Virus record (IMG/VR): IMGVR_UViG_3300032322_002561 | Location: 1-64,000 of that record | Length of the DNA: 64,000 nt | Strand: one strand, 5' to 3' | Shown here: piece by piece, positions 1 to 9,000 of the stretch | Layout: every line of letters starts with the position of its first letter | How positions within the stretch are numbered: the stretch's first letter is position 1 | Translations under genes and position numbers: made by a program | Notes under the pieces: generated by a model | What the model was told of the DNA's origin: nothing | The model's input: only the letters and a program-made list of their open reading frames with translations | Database searches by the model: none

Positions 1-359
1 TCTAATACACGTCTTGAGAATTGTTCGCGAGCTTCTATGTAACTACATTCAGCCTTGGACCTACAGTAGTATAATATTTCGCGAGTGAAGTTGCCTGCGC
101 CTAAGCGTTCTACGTCTTGGTTTAGTTCTGTGTTGCTGCCGTAGTATGTCTGCCAGTCTGATTCGATTTTGCCACGTATTCGTTTGCGTTTCTTGTTGCC
201 ATTCTTGAGTTTTACTGTCTTGTATGTTGTTCTACTAAATTTTGCTAGTTTTTTTCCAATATACTTCCTGCCGGTCAAGTTATTTGTGATCAAATAAACA
301 AAACCAACACAATCTTCGGGCAGGGTATCAACTGTTTTGCTTTCGAATAGCCATGACAT
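1..359 (-). CDS. GIY-YIG family endonuclease (runs off the window start)
   Basis: Hand translation from ATG at 359: MSWLFESKTVDTLPEDCVGFVYLITNNLTGRKYIGKK...YYGSNTEL...FTREILYYC...IEAREQF. GFVY/YIG motifs plus conserved Arg/Glu. Absent from the ORF track. Confidence 0.85.
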   Translation of the reverse strand, partial: MSWLFESKTVDTLPEDCVGFVYLITNNLTGRKYIGKKLAKFSRTTYKTVKLKNGNKKRKRIRGKIESDWQTYYGSNTELNQDVERLGAGNFTREILYYCRSKAECSYIEAREQFSRRVL

Positions 360-371
360 TTGTATTCATAG

Positions 372-1472
372 TTAGTTGGTTTCCCAGCCCACTGCGTAAT
401 TTTCGTCTACTACCTTGCTTGAACATTTTTGTCTACACTCTACCCAGGTCTTGTCGCTGTTGCGAAATCCTTGACTGCACAGATTCCAAAGTGGATCGGC
501 AATGATTTCCTCAAAACTGCGATTATTCAAATTCATTTTGTCACGGTGTTGAGCAAAAAAACTATGCTCCCAGGCAATGGTTTTGTTTCCTTCGCTGAGA
601 GTATGATATGGAAAACTCAACCAACTGCAGGGGAAAACCACGCCTTCGGCATTGACATATATGCCGCGGTTGCCAATTTCACATAAGGGAATTATGGGCG
701 ACTCGGCATATTTGTGCGATATTTCTATGTATTTTTGTCGATTGTGTGTTAGATATTCTAAGATGTTTTGTGTACGCCCGCTTAGATTCACAGTGTGTCG
801 CTCATATCTATGACTGGCACTAATCCACTCAGACCTTGGTTGCAGGCTATCTTGCGCACCGCCATAGCCGCCATATTTGTTGCCAAACTTGGTGCTTTTG
901 GTAATTTGTAATCCGTCCATGCCCAGGGCCTGTGCCTGCGCAGTGATGCGAGCTATGTGATCCTGATTGAAACTGAACATTATCATGGCCCAGTTCATGA
1001 ACACTGCCTTGTTGACTTGTCGCACAGTGGTAATGCCAGTCATGATACTGTCAAAATCGCTATTGACTCTGTAAAGATTGTTGGTGGCATTGTCGTAGCC
1101 ATCAATGCTGAAATTTATGGTATCCCGATCATTCAGCACCGAGGCCAATTCAGCCCACCACTCGGCCTTTTTGTAACTGCCATTGGTTATGGTAAAGATA
1201 TGAATTTTGGGATTAATAGACTTGATGTACCTACAGATGTCTATGTATTCTTTGCAGTAGATGGGATCGCCCACGTCACCACACATGGTGACTCGACGCA
1301 CTTCGGTCTGTAACCGCTCGGGTGTAAAAAATTTTTTCACAAAATCCAAGGTCATATTTTTGTTCAACCAAGGAGTATCCGGGTGTTCAGTTCTTGGACA
1401 CCGCGGACACCGTACTGCACAGACCGCACTGGGTTCCAGATGCCAGTGATAAAATTGCCAGTTTATAGCCAT
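372..1472 (-). CDS. Radical SAM protein with C-terminal twitch/SPASM-like domain
   Basis: CAVRCPRC (CxxxCxxC), CGDVGDP, ITNG, and C-terminal CEIGNRGIYVNAEGVVFPC...ECRQKC. Confidence 0.9.
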   Translation of the reverse strand: MAINWQFYHWHLEPSAVCAVRCPRCPRTEHPDTPWLNKNMTLDFVKKFFTPERLQTEVRRVTMCGDVGDPIYCKEYIDICRYIKSINPKIHIFTITNGSYKKAEWWAELASVLNDRDTINFSIDGYDNATNNLYRVNSDFDSIMTGITTVRQVNKAVFMNWAMIMFSFNQDHIARITAQAQALGMDGLQITKSTKFGNKYGGYGGAQDSLQPRSEWISASHRYERHTVNLSGRTQNILEYLTHNRQKYIEISHKYAESPIIPLCEIGNRGIYVNAEGVVFPCSWLSFPYHTLSEGNKTIAWEHSFFAQHRDKMNLNNRSFEEIIADPLWNLCSQGFRNSDKTWVECRQKCSSKVVDENYAVGWETN

Positions 1473-1981
1473 AAATCAACTCGTTTAATGGTATAATCCG
1501 CACTGAGTTGCACAATCTTTTCGGCCACTTCTGTTGTGGATAATTTTGGTACATTGTGATGAGCAATCATGTCAGTGTCTATGGGTCCTGGATTAAACAT
1601 CTTTATGTCACACTTTGCTGTTGGCCACATGCCATCACACATGCCTTGCAGTATCTGTTTGTGTGTGCGATAGTGCCAGTATTCGCGGTCTTTGTTGATT
1701 TCTATACGTGGTTGTGTGATAGCTTTGCTGCCAATGTTTACAATGCATTTTGTCTGGTCCTGTTGCCAGCAATCAAAAAAATATTCTAACACTGCACACT
1801 GACCCCAACCATCATAGGCACAATTATACACACGATCAAAATCCTTGAACTCATAGCCCCACTGCGCAACGGCAAGTATGTTGTGACCGGTTGATCTCGA
1901 CACACAAACCACATGGTCCAATGCGTGAACATGGGACAAAGCCTGCGCTAACCCTTTTGTGCCAGTGATCAAAATCTTCAT
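1463..1981 (-). CDS. Minimal short-chain dehydrogenase/reductase-like Rossmann protein
   Basis: N-terminal KILITGTKGLA, IVNIGS, YRTHK (YxxxK), PGPIDTDM. Confidence 0.7.
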   Translation of the reverse strand: MKILITGTKGLAQALSHVHALDHVVCVSRSTGHNILAVAQWGYEFKDFDRVYNCAYDGWGQCAVLEYFFDCWQQDQTKCIVNIGSKAITQPRIEINKDREYWHYRTHKQILQGMCDGMWPTAKCDIKMFNPGPIDTDMIAHHNVPKLSTTEVAEKIVQLSADYTIKRVDLWL

Positions 1982-3498
1982 CAGTGGTCACCTAACTCTT
2001 CTATTTTTTCACGCGGTGCAGTTTTATTATAGTAGGTATTGCAGATTATTTTCAGTATTTCTAATTCTTCGCGAGCACGAGTAATTGGGTAACCCAACTT
2101 GGCACTGTGCTCTTGAACCTCTAGTCGACGTCGTATGCGCTCTTTGAAAGTAAGTTCAGGATTGTTGAGATTGATCCAGTTACGCCCATAAATCCAATCT
2201 TGGTCATGACCTTCTACAGCCATGATTTTTAAATCTGGCCATTCAGGCACAATGTTCAATTTATCCTGTTGTAACTCCAGTCTACTACCATGATCGAGAC
2301 TGCCGGTGTAGCCCCATCTAATGACCATAATGGTACCAGCCAGCATGTACACCTGATAACGCTCTAGAAATTCCAGCATTTCTTTGTGATCTGCTAGAGT
2401 TTCTGTGGGATAACCAATAAACATCAAAAACACATTGTTTATACCATACTTGGCACACATGCGTATGTGATGATCAAGGTCTTCGTTGTCAAATTCTTTA
2501 CCCATGGCTTCTCTTATTCGCCAACTAGCATGCTCAACACCACATACCAAAACACCAGCGCCGGATTGTGCCATTTTGTCATAGAATCTTTCAGGCATGT
2601 CCTTGCGTTTTCTTATGTTGAATTGACTCAGCCAACTGGGCTTGAATTCGTTATCTTGTTGTTTTAATTCAATCAAACTGTCCAGCAAATTTTCAAATTC
2701 TGGCAAAACTCCGTTAATGACTGAGTCAGTAAATTGTATTACCTGCACATTGTGTGATTGATATTGAGTGTATATTTCCTTGGCTACATCAGATCCACGT
2801 CGGTATCGATACTTGGGCCAACGATGTGGTACATCACAAAATTTGCATTTCCTTACGCATCCTCTGCTGGCTGTGACATAGATGCCCGGATCTCTATGAT
2901 AGATATAGTGTTCAGGTTCAATTTGATCGTACACCGGGTACGGGATAGCGTCAAGATCTGCAATTTGTTCAGTGGGTTCCCAATCTATGCCGGGTCCCGC
3001 TGTCACGCCTTTCAAAAAATGATCAAACACCACTTCGCCGTCACCCGACAACACATGATCAATCAATTGCTTGTTGTAAAGATGCCTGCCAAAAGTGACA
3101 TCGCCATAAGGTGTGGTCAAACCCTGCCCACCACTGACTACTGCGACATCAATCAAAGGTCGCAGTCGTGTGATAAGGATCTCGGCAAATCTTGTGCTGA
3201 ATTTGCTGAATACACTGAGACAAATCAAATCATGTTTGGCGTCTACAATACGATTGATCTGTTGGGATAGCCAGATATCAAAAGATTCTGGCAACATTTG
3301 GTCTTGATCAACTCGCCACTTGCGTTCGCACAGCAACCAGTCGTGTTGATTTAGAGCATGATACAGCGCCAAGTTAAAATCATAAATTTTGTAATTTACT
3401 GAATTTTGTTTCATGACACCGGCCAAGGCCGCTGCGGCTGCAGGAGGTCTTTCAAGCTCTTGACTGGGGCACACTATAAAAGCTACATTTTTATACAT
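1981..3498 (-). CDS. Cobalamin-binding (class B) radical SAM enzyme, putative methyltransferase
   Basis: N-terminal B12-binding-like domain (PPAAAAALAG...DFN...VVSGG), SRGCVRKCKFC, FTDS, GVEH, FIGYPTET. Confidence 0.88.
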   Translation of the reverse strand: MYKNVAFIVCPSQELERPPAAAAALAGVMKQNSVNYKIYDFNLALYHALNQHDWLLCERKWRVDQDQMLPESFDIWLSQQINRIVDAKHDLICLSVFSKFSTRFAEILITRLRPLIDVAVVSGGQGLTTPYGDVTFGRHLYNKQLIDHVLSGDGEVVFDHFLKGVTAGPGIDWEPTEQIADLDAIPYPVYDQIEPEHYIYHRDPGIYVTASRGCVRKCKFCDVPHRWPKYRYRRGSDVAKEIYTQYQSHNVQVIQFTDSVINGVLPEFENLLDSLIELKQQDNEFKPSWLSQFNIRKRKDMPERFYDKMAQSGAGVLVCGVEHASWRIREAMGKEFDNEDLDHHIRMCAKYGINNVFLMFIGYPTETLADHKEMLEFLERYQVYMLAGTIMVIRWGYTGSLDHGSRLELQQDKLNIVPEWPDLKIMAVEGHDQDWIYGRNWINLNNPELTFKERIRRRLEVQEHSAKLGYPITRAREELEILKIICNTYYNKTAPREKIEELGDH

Positions 3499-4090
3499 TG
3501 ATTATTTGTTTTATTTCGTCTATTAGGTCTTGATGACTGTCCAAACTGCCTATGTAGGCTTCGTCTCGATAGTCATCTTTGCCCTGATGTGTTTTTACAT
3601 GCACGAAGCGTCGCTGTTGCCGGTACCACCACCAAAAGTTTTTCTTAGAAGGCAGTGTGGCAAAATAAAAATTTCCTGGAAAATGCCAGATCAACTGACT
3701 TTGAAGTTGTGTGGGTGCATTGGGTTGCTGCTGTATAAAACCTGGAAAATAGTCAGGTCTATAGTGCCCTTCGGACAGCATCCACGAACTCATCAGGATA
3801 TCGTTGACGTGCATTGTAGTTATCTCAAGACTTTGATCTGACGTGATATGGCCGTTGTTATCAACCACAGTGTGGTGTTGACTTTTGTTGTAGTAGTGAA
3901 TTATAAGTTGATTTTGTTCCTGTGCAAGATCTAGAGTGAATCTGCACCGCGGATTGGTATTGGTTATTTTTTGATCCAATACAAGTTGATCATTTTCATA
4001 TATTTTTATCGCCGGCCACTCTACGCTGAATTGGGGACAAAAAGTCAAGCACACTTCAAGTGGACTGTCTATATTGACATGTTTGATCAT
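3491..4090 (-). CDS. Hypothetical protein (beta-rich), coupled between gp46 and the B12 radical SAM
   Basis: 199-aa ORF overlapping both neighbours; no motif recognised. Confidence 0.65.
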   Translation of the reverse strand: MIKHVNIDSPLEVCLTFCPQFSVEWPAIKIYENDQLVLDQKITNTNPRCRFTLDLAQEQNQLIIHYYNKSQHHTVVDNNGHITSDQSLEITTMHVNDILMSSWMLSEGHYRPDYFPGFIQQQPNAPTQLQSQLIWHFPGNFYFATLPSKKNFWWWYRQQRRFVHVKTHQGKDDYRDEAYIGSLDSHQDLIDEIKQIINV

Positions 4091-5850
4091 GATATATCAA
4101 TGTCAGTATTGTAACTGGTAAAACCGCCTTCTTTGATGACCTTGAGTATGTTTTCTACACGACCACTTAACTCGTCTCGGTGGCTGACCAGCCAAATTGA
4201 TTTGTGCCGTTCGCGACTCATGTGTTTGAGCAAGGCCAAGCTATTCTCTACACCCTGTGTGTCCAAGCCCGAGTCAATCATTTCGTCTATGAACAACACA
4301 TTGATGGGCTGGTACAAACTTTCAAACACATCGCGGAAAGCCCACGACATAGAAAGAATCAACCTGTTGCGTTCGCCACGACTTAAATTGTCAAAATCCA
4401 GTTCACGTCCTAGCTCTTCAATGCTGACAGTGAGATCGTTTTGGAACACCACAGTGTGCGGCAGGCCAATACGATCCAAGTAATGCGTGAGTCTGGCATT
4501 GAGATAACTCAGGTTCTGTTCAATGATCTTCTTGCGCACAAAGCTATCTTTGCTGGTCAACAGTTTGAGCAAAAACTCTTGATGTTCCTGTAATTTTGTG
4601 AGTTCATTGAGCGTGTCATAGCTCACAGTCTGCAGGGCCTGCCCTTGCATGTCCGCTATCTGCTCACCATAAGGATCTGTTTCGGCCTGCTTGTCTGTCA
4701 ACTGGTTTTCCAAGACCGCTAAACTGCTACGATGATGTATGGCATCCTCTTCCTTGTCATAGAACATAGACGGTGGTTTACCTAACGTGCCCAAGGAGGC
4801 GTGGGCAGTCTCAAGTTCTGAAAGGAGCTGTGCATGTTCCTGGCACGCTTCTCGCGCTCTTGCCAGATCAGTCTGTTTACCTTCCAAGACCTGTTGGTGC
4901 TTACTGTCGTGGAAAGCCTGCCCGCAGGTGTGACATGTGTGACTTTCAAGAGTCGCAATCTCCTTGCCAAGCTTCTCAATGCTTTTGTTCTCGCGATCTT
5001 TATCAAGCTTCGTGCGGGAGATCTGTCCAGCCAGGTCGTTAAGATCCTTGCGCTTCTGATCCCATACTTTGTGTGCCTTGTGGGCCTTGACCTCGGCTTC
5101 AATGTCGATCTTCTTGAGCTCTTCGAGCGCGGTCGTGAGTTTTTCAATCTCTTCTTCATGTTTGGTGGTCCATAGTTGTTGCCGCCTACGCAAGGCTTCG
5201 ATCTGTTCTTCTATGCGCTTGTTGGCTTCTTGCACAGCACGTATGCGGAATTCTTCTTGCTGTATGCTTTCTTTGGTCAGTCTGTTTTGTTCTTTGATGG
5301 CATCTGCACGCTCACTGAGCAAGGTTATGCCTAGCAGTTGTTCAATGATGGTTCTTTGATCATTGGCTTTGAGGCTCAAGAAAGGCTCAGTATACGTGTT
5401 CAAGGCCAAGATGTGTTTGAACATGTCATGACTGAGACCCAGAACATGTTCGATGGCATCCTGTGTTTCACGACTGTCGCCCTGTGCTTCATCGGTAATG
5501 GCTTGTTCTTCATTGTTGACATAGAACTTGAGGACGTTGGGTTTACGACCACGCTCGATCTTATATTCCTTGCCGGCCACCAAAAAATCCAAACTGACCA
5601 ACATGTTCTTGCCGTTGGTCTTGTTGACCAGATTGTCTTTGCGAATGTTGCTGAGAGCCTGACCGTACAAGGCATAGCTGAGAGCGTTGATGATTGTGGT
5701 CTTGCCTGTGCCGTTTCTGCTACCGTCGCCACCCAGGTCCAGATTTTCTCCTAGGACCAAGGTTAGATCTCTACGATCAAAGTCTACGGCCTGGGTGTTG
5801 TTGCCCACACTCATGAAGTTTTTAACTGTAAGATTTTTTATCTGTATCAT
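4087..5850 (-). CDS. gp46: Recombination endonuclease ATPase subunit (SbcC/Rad50-like, T4 gp46 homologue)
   Basis: Walker A NGTGKTT, coiled coil with zinc hook CHTC, signature LSRGE, Walker B LFIDE, VSH. Confidence 0.95.
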   Translation of the reverse strand: MIQIKNLTVKNFMSVGNNTQAVDFDRRDLTLVLGENLDLGGDGSRNGTGKTTIINALSYALYGQALSNIRKDNLVNKTNGKNMLVSLDFLVAGKEYKIERGRKPNVLKFYVNNEEQAITDEAQGDSRETQDAIEHVLGLSHDMFKHILALNTYTEPFLSLKANDQRTIIEQLLGITLLSERADAIKEQNRLTKESIQQEEFRIRAVQEANKRIEEQIEALRRRQQLWTTKHEEEIEKLTTALEELKKIDIEAEVKAHKAHKVWDQKRKDLNDLAGQISRTKLDKDRENKSIEKLGKEIATLESHTCHTCGQAFHDSKHQQVLEGKQTDLARAREACQEHAQLLSELETAHASLGTLGKPPSMFYDKEEDAIHHRSSLAVLENQLTDKQAETDPYGEQIADMQGQALQTVSYDTLNELTKLQEHQEFLLKLLTSKDSFVRKKIIEQNLSYLNARLTHYLDRIGLPHTVVFQNDLTVSIEELGRELDFDNLSRGERNRLILSMSWAFRDVFESLYQPINVLFIDEMIDSGLDTQGVENSLALLKHMSRERHKSIWLVSHRDELSGRVENILKVIKEGGFTSYNTDIDIS

Positions 5851-5857
5851 TAGTTAT

Positions 5858-5886
5858 AATATAACAAAAACAGCCAACAAAGTCAA
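5858..5886 (-). promoter_or_regulatory. Sigma70-like promoter for gp46 (TTGACT-N17-TATATT, extended -10 TG), near-leaderless
   Basis: Minus strand TTGACT 5886-5881, 17-nt spacer, TGnTATATT ending 5858, ATG 7 nt later, no SD. Confidence 0.6.
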
Positions 5887-6413
5887 TTACTGAGTTTTTC
5901 TGACAGCAAAGCCAGCTCTCTACGTTTGAGATCAATCAAATTATGGTAGTTGTGTTCTAGTCGGTTCTGATTCAAACGCATATATTGTTGTATCTCCACC
6001 AGTGGAAGACTACAAAAATCTCTGATGGTTTTAGATACTGCCAAAAATCTTGATTCGCTATCGACAATAGAATCGTAGGTTTCGTCGATGAGATCTGACC
6101 AAGTCTCAAACCCTTTGCGTTTTAAAAGATCCAAGGTGTTTGGGGCACCCACTATAATAAACATACGTTTGCAGGATATTGGACGCAGGGTTTTTTCGCT
6201 GATATAAGGGTACGGATAGTCAAACACAGTCTCAACCACAATATCAAGTGCAATGTATTGATAAAAATTGGCCTGGAATCTGGTTTGATTAGCTTGACCA
6301 GCCACAATGTGAGAAGAAATAGATTGCTTGGGAGGAGTACAATCAATCGATGATCCGTAAACAAACTTATCGTTGCACCTAGAGTCTGACGGAGAAACAG
6401 TGATGATGTACAT
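5883..6413 (-). CDS. GT10-like glycosyltransferase family, C-terminal half
   Basis: LDIVVET...YISEKTLRPI...FIIVG...LKRKGFETW...IDETYD motif, shared with five full-length paralogues in the window. Confidence 0.65.
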   Translation of the reverse strand: MYIITVSPSDSRCNDKFVYGSSIDCTPPKQSISSHIVAGQANQTRFQANFYQYIALDIVVETVFDYPYPYISEKTLRPISCKRMFIIVGAPNTLDLLKRKGFETWSDLIDETYDSIVDSESRFLAVSKTIRDFCSLPLVEIQQYMRLNQNRLEHNYHNLIDLKRRELALLSEKLSN

Positions 6414-6955
6414 TATATTTTAATGGTCATTGCTATATGCGTGGTAATCAAATCTTTGACAGCATTATATACAGCATAGCGATGGCTACGACGCGATCCT
6501 GCCATCATGCATATTGCATGCGTGTCAATGCTGTCAATATTGACTTCCACGCTGTTATATTCTTTAGAACTGTAGTTGCCTGGATTGATAAAAGTTTCTA
6601 TCACTGTGGGCCGATCATTTGGGTGTGATCGACTTAATAACTGATCTATTTCTTGACCTATGCCAAAGTGATTGGTGTAGAATAACATAGTGTATAGCGG
6701 AAGATTCAAAGAACACCATACAGTAAAAAGATTATTGAGATTTATACCATGACCATGCCAGTAAAAATCAGTATCAAACTGCACTATTACATATCTGTCA
6801 TTGGAGGCATAGTGTTCTTTTTTTGTAGCGGACAATCGCGAAATTAGCGATTCAATTTTACCACAGTCAAAACTTTTAGTTCCAATAATGTCTATTAAGT
6901 TGTAATGTTTTTCTAGTACTTTTTTAAAATCTTTATCCAGCAACGGTTCAACCAT
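6413..6955 (-). CDS. Hypothetical protein, probable N-terminal half of a split GT10-like gene
   Basis: 180 aa ending in CMMAGSRRSHR, matching the mid-protein R..HR motif of the paralogues; TAATG overlap with the next ORF; AT-rich. Confidence 0.55.
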   Translation of the reverse strand: MVEPLLDKDFKKVLEKHYNLIDIIGTKSFDCGKIESLISRLSATKKEHYASNDRYVIVQFDTDFYWHGHGINLNNLFTVWCSLNLPLYTMLFYTNHFGIGQEIDQLLSRSHPNDRPTVIETFINPGNYSSKEYNSVEVNIDSIDTHAICMMAGSRRSHRYAVYNAVKDLITTHIAMTIKI

Positions 6956-6956
6956 G

Positions 6957-7970
6957 TCACAATCCCTGATATATTTTTAACAAAAGTTTTGGATCGTAGA
7001 ATTCACTTTCAATATTGGTGAGCTGATCAGTAACAATTTGATCCACACTTTCAAATTTTACTTCGCCTGGGGCCATGTCAGTATCTACATCGGTCTTTTT
7101 TACAGGAATTAGGGCCATTTCTCTCAATGCATAATCTTTGATAAAAGTGTCTTTGATAAAACCGGCTTCTTCGTAGCTGATATCAATGTCCAGTTGCACA
7201 CGTACATGCATGTTAGGTGCCAGCAAGGTGGGCGCATTGTCAATAACTTCACTAAGTTTGAGCACACGATACAGGGGTTGGCCTGGCCACGCATGATATT
7301 CAGGAGCACCGCCCCATTCCAGGATCATCATGCCACGTGCGGCATCGCCTGCATCAGCATAGTTGTGTGGGAAACAGTTGCCTATATAGTGGATGTTCTT
7401 TTTCTGCTGACGCAAGTGGAAATGTCCTGAAAACACCTTGTCGAACTGACCAAAGTGATCCATTTGAATCTCTCCATGATCGGGCATTTCCACCATGGCG
7501 TTCATCTTGAAATGCGGCAGTTCAAAGTGCCCAAACATGTACTGACCTCGGAGTTTGGGTATGCGTTTGTGATCATCTCCGACCAGCCATGGAGCAATTA
7601 CCACATCACCATCTTGGAACCAGTCATTGACGATCTGGATGTTGGGTATGTGTCGCGCCCACTCTGTGCTGTAGATATCACGTTTGTCACGATAGTACAA
7701 GTCGTGATTGCCCGGAATAAAGTAAAAGCGATCAAAAGCCGCACTCAATTTCTCCAAACTACGCAGACTGTACTGCAAGGTCTGCATGTTGATTGCGGCA
7801 CGCTGGTGGCTCCAGTCTCCTAGGAACATGCCGGTTTCACACCCATTTGCTTTTGCAGTGGCAATAAACCAATCAATAAAATCACTACAATCTTGATTGT
7901 GTTGTAGGCTGTTTGACTTTAGGCCAAAGTGTATGTCCGTGCAGACTGCTACTTTTTTAAATAAACTCAT
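6957..7970 (-). CDS. gp47: Recombination endonuclease nuclease subunit (SbcD/Mre11-like, T4 gp47 homologue)
   Basis: Metallophosphoesterase motifs DIHFG, GDWSH, GNHD, GHFE, SGHFH. Confidence 0.95.
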   Translation of the reverse strand: MSLFKKVAVCTDIHFGLKSNSLQHNQDCSDFIDWFIATAKANGCETGMFLGDWSHQRAAINMQTLQYSLRSLEKLSAAFDRFYFIPGNHDLYYRDKRDIYSTEWARHIPNIQIVNDWFQDGDVVIAPWLVGDDHKRIPKLRGQYMFGHFELPHFKMNAMVEMPDHGEIQMDHFGQFDKVFSGHFHLRQQKKNIHYIGNCFPHNYADAGDAARGMMILEWGGAPEYHAWPGQPLYRVLKLSEVIDNAPTLLAPNMHVRVQLDIDISYEEAGFIKDTFIKDYALREMALIPVKKTDVDTDMAPGEVKFESVDQIVTDQLTNIESEFYDPKLLLKIYQGL

Positions 7971-7976
7971 TGAACT

Positions 7977-8005
7977 AGTATACTAGTCTTCAGATATAAT
8001 CACAA
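7977..8005 (-). promoter_or_regulatory. Sigma70-like leaderless promoter for gp47 (TTGTGA-N17-TATACT-N6-ATG)
   Basis: Minus strand TTGTGA 8005-8000, TATACT 7982-7977, ATG at 7970; the -10 lies inside the 14-bp palindrome 7974-7987. Confidence 0.55.
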
Positions 8006-8891
8006 CCTCACTGGCAATCATGTTTGGATTTTTCTTGCCTGAGTTTTGACGTGTCCATGACGGATTGAGTCCGTTCATTTCTAAAATGTCATCGCGAATG
8101 TTTTGATTTTTCTTTTCCAGATTCAAGATCCTGGTAAAGCTGTTGGTAATGGCCGCGGTGTAGTAGGCAAAAGGATTTTGACTCTTGCTCTCATCAAACT
8201 GTAGACCAATCTGGCTGAGCTGTAGGAGTGCTTGTCCACGCATTTCCTCGTTGTAGGTATAGCCACGCCAGTTGCTACGTGTGGCATAGCGTTCACATAG
8301 TTTCATGAACATCATGGCCAGCTTGCGTGTCATTTGTCCGTGTTCGCGACAAAATTCTCCGTGCTCAAGATCGCCCCGCCAATGACTCTTGCCCACTAGA
8401 AATGGCTGTTTGTTTTCGTCTAGGCGATAGTGATAGAACGGGGGAAAGTTGAGTCGCACATGAGTGGGATCCAAGATTGGTTCATCCACAATGTCGTCTA
8501 GGCTTGCATCCATGGGATCATCGAGTTCAAGAATGTCTTCAATTTTCTTTTTCTTGGTCTGTGTCTTGGGCACTTTCTTGGGTGCCATGGGTATGTGTTC
8601 CCAGCAGGTTACTCGAAACACTAGATCAGTGTTGGGGATTTTTTTTGGGTCAATCACTGTGCCAGTTTCACGCTTGATGCGATCTGCGCGATTTCTACGT
8701 GCTTCGGCTATGGTTCTTTGATTGATCTTTTCCACTGTGGGCAGGATGATGTCATACTGATGATCAAGCACAGAGTCTCGATATGTGCAATATGTGTTTT
8801 TACTCAAGTGTATTTCTTTTAAAATATCTCGATTGTTGAGATAATTTACTTTGGGTGATGTTTTTGGAATCGCTACAGGTGGTGTTACCAT
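7983..8891 (-). CDS. gp55: Sigma factor for late transcription (T4 gp55 homologue) with a large internal insertion
   Basis: NYLNNRDILKEI N-terminus; WRGYTYNEEM...FDESKSQNPFAYYTAAITNSFTRILNLEKKNQNIRDDILE; adjacent to gp47; AGGAG SD. Confidence 0.88.
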   Translation of the reverse strand: MVTPPVAIPKTSPKVNYLNNRDILKEIHLSKNTYCTYRDSVLDHQYDIILPTVEKINQRTIAEARRNRADRIKRETGTVIDPKKIPNTDLVFRVTCWEHIPMAPKKVPKTQTKKKKIEDILELDDPMDASLDDIVDEPILDPTHVRLNFPPFYHYRLDENKQPFLVGKSHWRGDLEHGEFCREHGQMTRKLAMMFMKLCERYATRSNWRGYTYNEEMRGQALLQLSQIGLQFDESKSQNPFAYYTAAITNSFTRILNLEKKNQNIRDDILEMNGLNPSWTRQNSGKKNPNMIASEVVIISED

Positions 8892-8911
8892 CTAAAATTT
8901 CTCCTAGCAAG

Positions 8912-8919
8912 TATTTATT
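8912..8919 (-). promoter_or_regulatory. Late-promoter-like AATAAATA upstream of gp55
   Basis: Minus strand AATAAATA 8919-8912, followed by the AGGAG SD (8905-8901) and ATG 8891. Confidence 0.5.
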
Positions 8920-8974
8920 GTAGCACAAAAACGACACTTGTCAACCGTTCTTAAACTACGTGGTTAAAAAAATG

Positions 8975-8982
8975 GTTAAATA
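8975..8982 (+). promoter_or_regulatory. T4-type late promoter (GTTAAATA)
   Basis: TAAATA core 18 nt before ATG 9001, with an AAGGA SD between. Confidence 0.6.
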
Positions 8983-9000
8983 CACTACAAGGACCACGAC

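Noticed and set aside
1-359. Mobile homing endonuclease or intron
   Set aside because: Free-standing compact GIY-YIG domain with no intron or interrupted gene visible; the gene is truncated by the window, so mobility cannot be judged
4087-5850. Intein or foreign insertion in gp46 (GC-richer middle)
   Set aside because: No intein motifs; the middle is the expected coiled coil with zinc hook, and Ala/Glu/Lys/Arg codons explain the composition
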